Source: Treponema sp. | GTDB lineage: Bacteria; Spirochaetota; Spirochaetia; Treponematales; Breznakiellaceae | DNA length: 64,000 nt | NCBI GenBank assembly: GCA_009782955.1 | Contig: WRIB01000002.1 | Span: 1,441-65,440, forward strand | Direction of reading: 5' to 3' | Shown here: piece after piece, positions 9,650 through 17,031 of the stretch | How positions within the stretch are numbered: position 1 is the first letter of the stretch | Layout of the letters: each line of letters starts with the position of its first letter | Position numbers and translations under genes: made by a program | The notes under the pieces: model-generated | What the model saw: the letters and a program-made list of their open reading frames with translations, nothing else | What the model was told of the DNA's origin: nothing | Databases searched by the model: none

Positions 9650-10479
9650 AATTCATCCAGCAAAGAAACGCTGCAGTCCAGTTGTTCTGCCATGTTCTGC
9701 CATACATCATTCGGCGATTGTGTTCCGGATAAAAGCAGCCGGTTTTGATGTGATGCATTGTTTTCTGTCCGAAGCACGCCGTTATTATCATCCAGCAGCG
9801 ATTCGATTCGTTTGGTAATTCCTTCTATCGAACCAAAAACTGTTAAAAAGGGAGCCGCTTCCTTTTTGAATTCTTCCAGGAGAAATAAAAAGTGAGTGCA
9901 GCCGAGTACCATTGTGTCCGCACCTGCAGCACGAAAACGATCGATGTATTCATTTACTATTTTGTTTTTTTCATTTTCATTGGCCAGAAAAAAACGTTGT
10001 TCCACGAATGTAACCAACTCGGGAGCTGCGATACCGATAATTTCACAGGCGCCGGTTTCGCAGCCGGCACCGGCATTGCTGGCAGCGGCAAGCTCGCGGA
10101 TATAAGGGTCTTCGATAGTACGCGCTGTTCCAAGGACTCCTACTATTCCGGTCTTACTGGCCAGTATTGCCGGTTTTATTGCAGGCACGGTTCCCACAAA
10201 AGGAAGATCCGGAAAGCATTGCCGGAGCTCTGCCAAAGCGGAAACAGAAGCGGTATTGCAGGCCAATACAGCAATTTTTGGATTTATGGTTTTTATTAGT
10301 TTTTCCATTATTGTTGTCAGAATAACGGTCAGTTCCGTCCGCTCTCGTGACCCGTAAGGAAAATTCCGGCGGTCGGCACAATAACATATTGTTTCTGCGG
10401 GATTACACCGGCGAAAATCCCGGCAATAGGGAATTCCGCCAATCCCCGAGTCCAGAAAAAGTATAGGTCTTTTATCCAT
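9646..10479 (-). CDS. murI: Glutamate racemase
   Basis: LDSGIGG, ACNTAS and GCTHF catalytic-cysteine blocks. 4-nt ATGA overlap with rsgA. Confidence 0.92.
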   Translation of the reverse strand: MDKRPILFLDSGIGGIPYCRDFRRCNPAETICYCADRRNFPYGSRERTELTVILTTIMEKLIKTINPKIAVLACNTASVSALAELRQCFPDLPFVGTVPAIKPAILASKTGIVGVLGTARTIEDPYIRELAAASNAGAGCETGACEIIGIAAPELVTFVEQRFFLANENEKNKIVNEYIDRFRAAGADTMVLGCTHFLFLLEEFKKEAAPFLTVFGSIEGITKRIESLLDDNNGVLRTENNASHQNRLLLSGTQSPNDVWQNMAEQLDCSVSLLDEL

Positions 10480-10487
10480 GTCGAATA

Positions 10488-10778
10488 TTATTTAAAAAGA
10501 TCATCAAATGCCGTTCGCGCAGTGGCGGCCTTGTCCTGTTCTTTAATCTGCCCCTGACCTTGTTTGCGGAATTTGGAATCAAGAGAAAACCAATCGCAGA
10601 AGTTACCCCGTTCTTTGTCGGCGGGCTTTTCGGCATTTGGTTCGGAACAATCACCGCGGGAACCCGACAGATAAAATTTGCAGTGGCGGCAGGAACGGAG
10701 ATCCTTACCACAATGGCAGCGCATACTCCGCCCTATGGGGTCGCTATCTGTTATAGGTTCTCCGCAATACCAGCACAT
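10488..10778 (-). CDS. Small cysteine-rich (zinc-ribbon-like) protein, function unknown
   Basis: 96 aa with CxxC ... CxC ... CxxC plus further Cys residues. It is the first gene of the murI-rsgA-mutS2 operon, 8 nt upstream of murI. Confidence 0.55.
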   Translation of the reverse strand: MCWYCGEPITDSDPIGRSMRCHCGKDLRSCRHCKFYLSGSRGDCSEPNAEKPADKERGNFCDWFSLDSKFRKQGQGQIKEQDKAATARTAFDDLFK

Positions 10779-10825
10779 TGTTATATGATAACGTACCGGA
10801 AAAAATTGTCAACATATCGCATATA

Positions 10826-10865
10826 TTAATTAATTGACGATATACCCCATTACATGGTATTCTTT
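10826..10865 (+). promoter_or_regulatory. Promoter-like 40-bp element, copy 1 (TTGACG-N18-TGgTATTCT)
   Basis: TTGACG at 10834-10839 and extended -10 TGGTATTCT ending at 10863. The same 40-mer recurs at 11636-11675 with 2 mismatches. Confidence 0.6.
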
Positions 10866-10894
10866 GTATTGCAGACAGGAGCAGGAAATAAAGT

Positions 10895-11380
10895 ATGAGA
10901 ATACCAACAATTTACCTTGAAACAACAATCTTTAATTTTCCTTTTACCGATGACGCCTCTCATTACCGGGCAGATACATTACGGCTGTTTAAAGAGATAA
11001 AGGCTGGGAAGTTTAAACCCTATACTTCCAAATACGTTACCAATGAACTGGAAAATACCAGAGATAAGGTAAAGCTGGAACAGATGAAAACCCTTATCAT
11101 TGATCACAGAATAACAGTTATTCCGGCAAGTGATGAGGCAGAACGGCTAGCAAGTGTATACATAAAAGAAGGCATTATACCGGAAAAATTCGAAGCGGAC
11201 GCTTTTCATATTGCAGCGGCGACAGTTGCCGGCCTTGATTTAATTGTCAGTTTGAATTTCCGACACATCGTAAAACACAAAACAATAATTCAGACAGAAA
11301 TAATCAACGCTCGTGAAGGATACAAGCGGGTGTTTATCCACAGCCCAATGGAGGTAACAGACAATGAAAAAGACTCTTGA
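10895..11380 (+). CDS. PIN-like domain protein (putative VapC-type toxin, possibly degenerate)
   Basis: IYLETTIFNFPFTDD and DAFHIAAA align with YLDNCVYNRPFDDQ and DALHVACA of the second PIN-like protein at 59540-59986. AGGAA SD sequence 7 nt upstream. Confidence 0.6.
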   Translation: MRIPTIYLETTIFNFPFTDDASHYRADTLRLFKEIKAGKFKPYTSKYVTNELENTRDKVKLEQMKTLIIDHRITVIPASDEAERLASVYIKEGIIPEKFEADAFHIAAATVAGLDLIVSLNFRHIVKHKTIIQTEIINAREGYKRVFIHSPMEVTDNEKDS

Positions 11381-11582
11381 CGATTACCTGAATGATCCTG
11401 ACCTTGTAAATGAGCCGTCTGCCCTTCGGGAAATTCATGCAATACGTCTTATGATCCATGACGAAATAAAAGATATGACAACGGCAGAACGCACTGCTTA
11501 TTTTAACAGAGGCTCTGATTGGTTTTTTGCCTCTAACAAGTCCCCCGCGGAAGTGATAGATCTTGGCGAAAACATTCGATGA
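11364..11582 (+). CDS. Small partner protein of the PIN-like gene (putative antitoxin), 72 aa
   Basis: Overlaps the PIN-like ORF end by 17 nt, consistent with translational coupling. No recognisable family. Confidence 0.45.
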   Translation: MKKTLDDYLNDPDLVNEPSALREIHAIRLMIHDEIKDMTTAERTAYFNRGSDWFFASNKSPAEVIDLGENIR

Positions 11583-11635
11583 TTATCTTAATGATCTCCG
11601 GATTAAAGATGATCCAATTGGTTCATCGTCTGTTG

Positions 11636-11675
11636 TTAATTAATTGACGATATACCCCATTAGGTGGTATTCTTC
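11636..11675 (+). promoter_or_regulatory. Promoter-like 40-bp element, copy 2
   Basis: TTAATTAATTGACGATATACCCCATTAGGTGGTATTCTTC. TTGACG at 11644-11649 and TATTCT at 11668-11673, followed by GGAG and the ATG at 11691. Confidence 0.6.
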
Positions 11676-11690
11676 TTCGAGGAGAATTAT

Positions 11691-12059
11691 ATGAAAAATG
11701 CAATCAAATGGTTTGGGATTATCGCCCTTGTTGCAGTAATCGGTATCGACTGTGGTAAAAAGGTGCAAGCCCAGACAGTCAGCAATCCGCTGGAAAATAC
11801 CACATGGAAAGCTGATATGGGTGGGGGTGAATCAATAACTATTTCTTTTGGGGCGACTGACTTTACCATGATGATAATTGCCAACACTAGAGGTAATACT
11901 GATGTTGAAACGCAAAATGGGATTTACACCGTATCCGGTGATAAAGTCACAATAACTGTTGATGGTGAATCAACGGGAGCTACTTTAAGGGGCAATGCTT
12001 TGGTACTTTCATATGATGACGATGATTCTTATAGTGTTATCTTAACGAAGGTACAATAA
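11691..12059 (+). CDS. Small secreted/lipoprotein-like protein (lipocalin-like GxW module)
   Basis: GGAG SD sequence 6 nt before ATG 11691. N-terminus MKNAIKWFGIIALVAVIGIDC shares FGIIALVAVIG with the protein at 57841. The track ORF begins earlier at GTG 11664. Confidence 0.65.
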   Translation: MKNAIKWFGIIALVAVIGIDCGKKVQAQTVSNPLENTTWKADMGGGESITISFGATDFTMMIIANTRGNTDVETQNGIYTVSGDKVTITVDGESTGATLRGNALVLSYDDDDSYSVILTKVQ

Positions 12060-12118
12060 GAATAGTACACACAAGATGTCGCCTTGACCAGCCGGAAAGA
12101 TTGGACTACCATTAAGTA

Positions 12119-12709
12119 ATGTTTACGCTTCGTCCCTGTGCCGCTGCCTGCGGAAGGGCGGCTATTTCCGGTTCACATCTTTGTGCCGTTCACGCAGCTT
12201 CGGCGGAAGAAGAAGCCAGCCGTATAGGCGCTTTTATTCTTGAACAGCAGGAAATTAAAGACCTGAATGCACCGGGGCTAAATTTTATCAGTACCGATTT
12301 TTCCAACAGGACATTTTACGGCTGTAACTTTATGGGTTCTGTCTTTTCCATGTGCCTTTTTACCGGTTCTGTAATGAGGATGTGTTTTTTTGACAGCGCA
12401 GCTTTTGAAGACTGCGATTTTTCCGGAGGGGATCTTCAATTCGTTTCTTTTGCGGGTTCTACTATTGTAAACTGTACCTTTGAAAACTCGGAACTGATAC
12501 ATCTGAATTACAGCGGTGCAACAATTGTTGAATCAACTTTTAACGATTCAAATTTGTATAATTCCCGCTTTATCAATGCCGACATTAAAGACAGTGATTT
12601 TATTGATTGTAATGTAAAAAAAGTATTTTTTATCAGAGCTCAGCAGGATTGTGTTTCCTTTAAATCATCAAATACCGCCGAGGCAGTATTTACCCAGGAA
12701 GAAATGTGA
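12119..12709 (+). CDS. Pentapeptide-repeat protein
   Basis: Long run of A(D/N)(L/F)xx-type pentapeptides (DFSNRTFYGCNFMGSVFSMCLFTGS...DFSGGDLQFVSFAGS...). Cys/His-containing N-terminus. Confidence 0.8.
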   Translation: MFTLRPCAAACGRAAISGSHLCAVHAASAEEEASRIGAFILEQQEIKDLNAPGLNFISTDFSNRTFYGCNFMGSVFSMCLFTGSVMRMCFFDSAAFEDCDFSGGDLQFVSFAGSTIVNCTFENSELIHLNYSGATIVESTFNDSNLYNSRFINADIKDSDFIDCNVKKVFFIRAQQDCVSFKSSNTAEAVFTQEEM

Positions 12710-12869
12710 TGACCTTCAGCCTACGGCTTGCGGCCATCGAGCGCATGCACACACCGCGTCTAGCGGTGAACGTGAATCCACTTCCTTGCGCTCGTGACCC
12801 GAAGGGTCACCTGGAAGCTATAATATATGGGAAGCTGCTGTCGCAGCAATTTTATGAGCCAGGGGGGGC

Positions 12870-13502
12870 GTGTGCATGAAAATATTCATGCAGTATTGCT
12901 CTTATGGCTTTAGCAACTGCTATGTCCTGGGTACCGACATAGAAGACGCAGATTCCCCCCGGGACGCAGTGCTTGTGGATCCTGGCAGTATGGAAATTCC
13001 TCTGCTTGATTTTATCGAAAGCAATGAATATCAACTAAGGGGAATACTTATTACCCACGATCACGTGAACCATGTTCATGGTCTGCGTACATTAAAGCGA
13101 ATCTATGACGAAAAAATATTTGCGGTTAACCCGGCAGTTCAGGGCCACAAAACCAGGGTCATACGGGATGGTGATACATTAAAGCTGGGTGCAATTACTG
13201 TTTCTGTAATAACCATTCCTGGTCATTCTTCTGATTCTGCGATATTCCGGATCAATAAAACCCTTTTTACCGGGGATACAATCACCGCAGGATTATTGGG
13301 AACTACAATTTCTTCATACGGAAAAACAAAACAAATGGATGAATTGCGGAGTAAGATTCTTTCCCTGCCGGGGAATTATGTTGTTCTTCCCGGGCATGGG
13401 CCGCCTTCTACACTTGACTCAGAACGTCAGTACAATGCGGGAATTCAGGTTTACGAAGAGAATAAAAACAAACGCCAGCGGTTTCAGGTAAAATTTAACT
13501 GA
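12870..13502 (+). CDS. MBL-fold metallo-hydrolase (glyoxalase II-like)
   Basis: THDHVNHVHG (variant of HxHxDH), PGHSSDS, FTGDT and LPGHGP blocks. The start is GTG 12870 or ATG 12876. Confidence 0.8.
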   Translation: MCMKIFMQYCSYGFSNCYVLGTDIEDADSPRDAVLVDPGSMEIPLLDFIESNEYQLRGILITHDHVNHVHGLRTLKRIYDEKIFAVNPAVQGHKTRVIRDGDTLKLGAITVSVITIPGHSSDSAIFRINKTLFTGDTITAGLLGTTISSYGKTKQMDELRSKILSLPGNYVVLPGHGPPSTLDSERQYNAGIQVYEENKNKRQRFQVKFN

Positions 13503-13514
13503 GCAAAAACCATT

Positions 13515-14294
13515 TTACAGTGCAATAATGTTCCGGCCCAAAAGCTGCGCTATGTTATATTTTCGTTCCATTGTAAGTTCTTCGCTTTCCCGCAGAAAAG
13601 TTTCCAGATAGGCGGGAAACGAATCGGGCAGTATTGGCAATTCCAGTACCTGTTTATAGTAGGCCCGGTGAGACGGTTCAAAATGATGATTAATACAGAA
13701 TATGGCAAGACAGGCATTTTTAATAAAAAGAGCAGAAGAAATTAAATAGTAGAATTCATCGTTATTAATCATCGCCGCCCCAAGATCGCTTAATGAATGT
13801 TCCATCTTGGATTGGACGGCATCCCGCATCAGCTTCCAGAATTCATCGTTTAACCCAAGGAGTTTTTCCTTGATTGTATCGATCCAGCCGGTTCTGGAAA
13901 AAAGAATTTCTCCGTGGGCAAGACGGTAATAACCATAAGTTCCGGAATCTTTTAAAAGCCAAAAATCATCCTGACGTGATTCAACTATAGCGGCCAGTTC
14001 TTCGATTTTTTTGGTGTTTTTAAATTCAAAGCGTACCGGCATGTCTCCCACAAGAAAACGATCCTTTGCACCGCCGCCTGAACTTTCAAAAACTGCCGCA
14101 TCCTGACCGTATAATTTTTTTCGCTCTTCCGGGCCGGGAATTTTTCCGCTGTAGTACACATCCAGAATTAATGCAAAATAAGGATCAAGCGTATCCGAAT
14201 CGGCTGCTTCGTTTAACGAAATACATTCAACTTCTGGCCATTCCGAAAGAAGGGAAACAAAGCGTTCGGTTAGTTGTTTTGTCTTATATTTCAT
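13515..14294 (-). CDS. Hypothetical protein (about 260 aa)
   Basis: Long ORF. I prefer Met38 (14294) because the upstream part of the track ORF would overlap the divergent gene, and TATACT lies 8 nt upstream of this ATG. No family recognised. Confidence 0.5.
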   Translation of the reverse strand: MKYKTKQLTERFVSLLSEWPEVECISLNEAADSDTLDPYFALILDVYYSGKIPGPEERKKLYGQDAAVFESSGGGAKDRFLVGDMPVRFEFKNTKKIEELAAIVESRQDDFWLLKDSGTYGYYRLAHGEILFSRTGWIDTIKEKLLGLNDEFWKLMRDAVQSKMEHSLSDLGAAMINNDEFYYLISSALFIKNACLAIFCINHHFEPSHRAYYKQVLELPILPDSFPAYLETFLRESEELTMERKYNIAQLLGRNIIAL

Positions 14295-14324
14295 AATGTT
14301 TAAGTATATCATTAACACAGAAAT

Positions 14325-14933
14325 ATGGAAACCGCTGAAAATTACAAAAGAAATAGTGTTGAAGATACAGTTTCTCCGCTGTTGTTTGTTGTCCTTGTTC
14401 CTCATCGTGACTGTCTTCCGGCTCTGGAAGCATACCGCCGTAATATGTTTGCTGCCGGCTTTGACGGTGCTTTTTCTTTTCCTGCAGCAGCTCCGCTGGC
14501 GCTTTTAAAACGCCCTCTTGATGCCATGGAGCTAAAGACTGCAGCTGTAGAACTTCGAAAAAATTTAGGAAATAAAAGGTTTAATACCGGATATTCCGAA
14601 TGCAGCGCCTGGAACACTACAATAAACGAATTACGGTTTTTCGGCTTAACGCTGGAGCTGCCTCAGCCAGCCTTTCCGCCTGATGCTATTGTAAAAGTCT
14701 GGGAAAAACCCATTCTTGCTCCGGCAATTATTGTTCCTGACGGCATCGCATCAACAATGCACAGTTCCTCTTTTAACAGCGGCCTTTCCTTTCGTGCTGC
14801 GGCACTGGCAAACCTTGCTCTCCAGCCGGTTGGTTCAGCAGAGGCTTCTTCTTTTGAAAAGGATTTTTCGTTTACATGGAAACTGGGTTCACTTTATTGG
14901 CTTCCCAGGTATAAGGGAAATTGCCTTGATTGA
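14325..14933 (+). CDS. Hypothetical protein (202 aa)
   Basis: ORF only; divergent from 13515-14294. No motif I can name with confidence. Confidence 0.45.
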   Translation: METAENYKRNSVEDTVSPLLFVVLVPHRDCLPALEAYRRNMFAAGFDGAFSFPAAAPLALLKRPLDAMELKTAAVELRKNLGNKRFNTGYSECSAWNTTINELRFFGLTLELPQPAFPPDAIVKVWEKPILAPAIIVPDGIASTMHSSSFNSGLSFRAAALANLALQPVGSAEASSFEKDFSFTWKLGSLYWLPRYKGNCLD

Positions 14934-15219
14934 ATGTTTTCGTATTGACGGTGACAGGTTGTTATTGAACATCAAAGCAGTTCCGGGTTCTTCCAGGACA
15001 GAATTTGCCGGTGTTAATAACAACAGGCTCCGCATACGTATTGCTGCTGCTGCCGAAGACGGCAAAGCCAACAGTGAACTCATTGATTTTTTGGCACGAT
15101 CTTCAGGTTGCGCAAAAAAAGAAATTATACTACAATTAGGAAAGAGATCCCGGCTTAAGACAATTTCGCTGCCGGTATCGGTCCGGCAAAAACTGGAAGA
15201 ATTGGCTATTAAAGGATAA
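14926..15219 (+). CDS. DUF167 (YggU-like) protein
   Basis: The C-terminal part of track ORF 14716-15219 reads LLLNIKAVPGSSRTEF......LRIRIAAAAEDGKANSELIDFLA, a YggU-like pattern. Probable TTG start at 14926 with AGGGA 7 nt upstream. The 5' part of the long ORF overlaps the previous gene. Confidence 0.6.
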   Translation: MIECFRIDGDRLLLNIKAVPGSSRTEFAGVNNNRLRIRIAAAAEDGKANSELIDFLARSSGCAKKEIILQLGKRSRLKTISLPVSVRQKLEELAIKG

Positions 15220-15221
15220 AC

Positions 15222-15974
15222 ATGGCGATTATTGCCGTTATCGGCGGCAGTGGATTGGATAATCCCGATATAATATCAAGCTCCCGGGATGTTACAGTTA
15301 CTACTTCTTTTGGAGCGCCTTCGTCGCCTCTTAAAAAAGGTATCATTGGCGGCGTTAATGTTATTCTGCTTGCCCGTCATGGCCGGGAACATACCATACC
15401 GCCCACCCAGGTGAATTACAGGGCGAATATCTCCGCTCTAAAAGCGGAAGGATGTACTCACATCCTTGCAACTACCGCTGTCGGTTCTCTCAGGGAAGAA
15501 ATCAAAAGGGGAGATTTAATAATCGTTGATCAATTTATTGATTTTACAAAGCAGCGTAAAATGACATTTCATGAATCTTTTGAAACCAATAAACCTGTCC
15601 ATTGCGCCATGGCTGATCCCTACGATCAGAACATAAGAAACCTGTTGATTGAAGAATGCCGCAGCAGGAAATATTCATTCCACCCAATGGGAACGGTTGT
15701 TACAATTGAAGGTCCCCGTTTTTCGAGCCGGGCCGAATCCCATATGTTCCGTTCATGGGGCGCTGATATTATCAATATGTCAATAGCTACTGAAACCGTT
15801 TTGGCAAACGAGGCGGGTATTCCTTATGCGGCAGTGGCAATGAGTACCGATTATGATTGCTGGCGGACTGATGAAGAACCTGTAAGCTGGGAAGCAATAG
15901 CGAAGGTCTTTGCGGAAAATGCAGAAAAAGTTACAACCCTTCTAACGGGGGTTATTCCAAAAATACACGATTAA
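15222..15974 (+). CDS. mtnP: S-methyl-5'-thioadenosine phosphorylase / purine nucleoside phosphorylase family
   Basis: IGGSG...ARHGREH..PP..VNYRANI.ALK..G......AVGSL pattern typical of MTAP. Confidence 0.85.
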   Translation: MAIIAVIGGSGLDNPDIISSSRDVTVTTSFGAPSSPLKKGIIGGVNVILLARHGREHTIPPTQVNYRANISALKAEGCTHILATTAVGSLREEIKRGDLIIVDQFIDFTKQRKMTFHESFETNKPVHCAMADPYDQNIRNLLIEECRSRKYSFHPMGTVVTIEGPRFSSRAESHMFRSWGADIINMSIATETVLANEAGIPYAAVAMSTDYDCWRTDEEPVSWEAIAKVFAENAEKVTTLLTGVIPKIHD

Positions 15975-15986
15975 AGGAGCAATGTT

Positions 15987-16499
15987 ATGAATAGTAAACC
16001 TGTAAAGATGTTGTTTGTGTTGATTTTCTTTTTAGTTGGCGGACTTTGTTTTGCCGCAGATCTGGTGGAAGGTTTTTGGATCAGTGTAGATGAAAAAACC
16101 GGCAAAGATACGGCAGGCTGGGAAATCTTTGTTCAGAACGGTAAGCTCTACGGAAAAATTCTTTCCGCTGTCGATGCGAAACCAGGTGACAAAGCAACTG
16201 CTTGTAAACCCTCTTATAAAGGACATCCTACACCCGGAAATGTATCGGAAATGCCCATTATCGGTACCATTTTTATTTTCGACCTTGTTCCGGACAGTAA
16301 AGGAAAATGGAAAGGCGGAAACATCATTAATCCGGAAGATGGAAAAATGTATGGATGTGAAATTACTTACCATGCCGCCGATGGAAAAAAATACACGGTA
16401 GATACCCTGGAAGTGCGGGGAACAGGTTTAGCCGGACTTCTAGGCCGCAGCCAATATTGGCGAAAAGCAACCAAGACGCAAGCTGAAAGCCTGAGGTAA
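15987..16499 (+). CDS. DUF2147-domain secreted protein
   Basis: Signal peptide, then GFWISVDEKTGK...GKLYGKI...G..I.NPEDGK.Y, as I recall for DUF2147. Confidence 0.65.
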   Translation: MNSKPVKMLFVLIFFLVGGLCFAADLVEGFWISVDEKTGKDTAGWEIFVQNGKLYGKILSAVDAKPGDKATACKPSYKGHPTPGNVSEMPIIGTIFIFDLVPDSKGKWKGGNIINPEDGKMYGCEITYHAADGKKYTVDTLEVRGTGLAGLLGRSQYWRKATKTQAESLR

Positions 16500-16500
16500 T

Positions 16501-17031
16501 TTACTTAAGCAGTTTTTGATACAGCGATAAATTTTCCCGATCAAAGCAGACAAATATGATTTGTTTGATACCCGGTGTTTCGGGCATTGTTTTATTAACC
16601 GCCGCAACCGCTGCGGCAGCAGCCTTGTCTTTTGGGTAACCGTAAATCCCCGTGCTGATGTTTGGAAAGGCAATGCTCTGTACTGTATTCTCTTCGGCAA
16701 GGAGAAGACTTTTCCGGTAACATGAAGCAAGCAATTCGCTTTCTCCCTGATCGCCGCCGTGCCAGACCGGCCCTACGGTATGAATCACATGCTTGGCAGA
16801 AAGCTTTCCAGCGCCGGTAATTACCGCATCACCTGTGGGGCAAGGACCGCCGGGAATGTCTTTTCTCTGCGCAGCGATTTTCCGGCATTCTTCCAGCAAA
16901 GAAGGCCCGGCGGCCCGGTGTATGGCGCCGTCTACTCCGCCGCCGCCCATCAGGCTTGAGTTTGCCGCATTAACAATTGCATCAACATTTTGTGTGGTAA
17001 TATCTCCCATAATTACTTGTAGCTGTGGCAT
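16501..17031 (-). CDS. Macro-domain protein (O-acetyl-ADP-ribose deacetylase / ADP-ribose binding, YmdB-like)
   Basis: [34 protein letters not shown] and ISTGIYGYP blocks. The start codon lies inside or at the 3' end of res (the second ATG, at 17010, is 2 nt past the res stop). Confidence 0.9.
   Translation of the reverse strand: MPQLQVIMGDITTQNVDAIVNAANSSLMGGGGVDGAIHRAAGPSLLEECRKIAAQRKDIPGGPCPTGDAVITGAGKLSAKHVIHTVGPVWHGGDQGESELLASCYRKSLLLAEENTVQSIAFPNISTGIYGYPKDKAAAAAVAAVNKTMPETPGIKQIIFVCFDRENLSLYQKLLK

Noticed and set aside
10826-11675. An integron gene-cassette (attC) interpretation of the two repeat-flanked PIN cassettes (also 59249-60133)
   Set aside because: There is no intI gene. I could not recognise R''/R' (RYYYAAC...GTTRRRY) core pairs at the boundaries. 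The flanking repeats are direct and look like a promoter or terminator rather than imperfect inverted attC structures. The two cassettes also lie in opposite orientations, far apart.
12741-12878. A long-range inverted repeat CATGCACAC (12744-12752) / GTGTGCATG (12870-12878) that could sequester the MBL gene start codon
   Set aside because: It is only 9 bp, separated by more than 100 nt containing other, stronger local hairpins (GTGACCC-gaa-GGGTCAC at 12794-12810). It is too weak to call a riboregulator without conservation data.
14716-14925. The 5' two-fifths of the 167-aa ORF 14716-15219
   Set aside because: This part overlaps the 3' end of the 14325-14933 ORF in another frame and has no family signal. 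Only the last about 97 aa look like DUF167/YggU, and a TTG with an AGGGA SD sequence is available at 14926.
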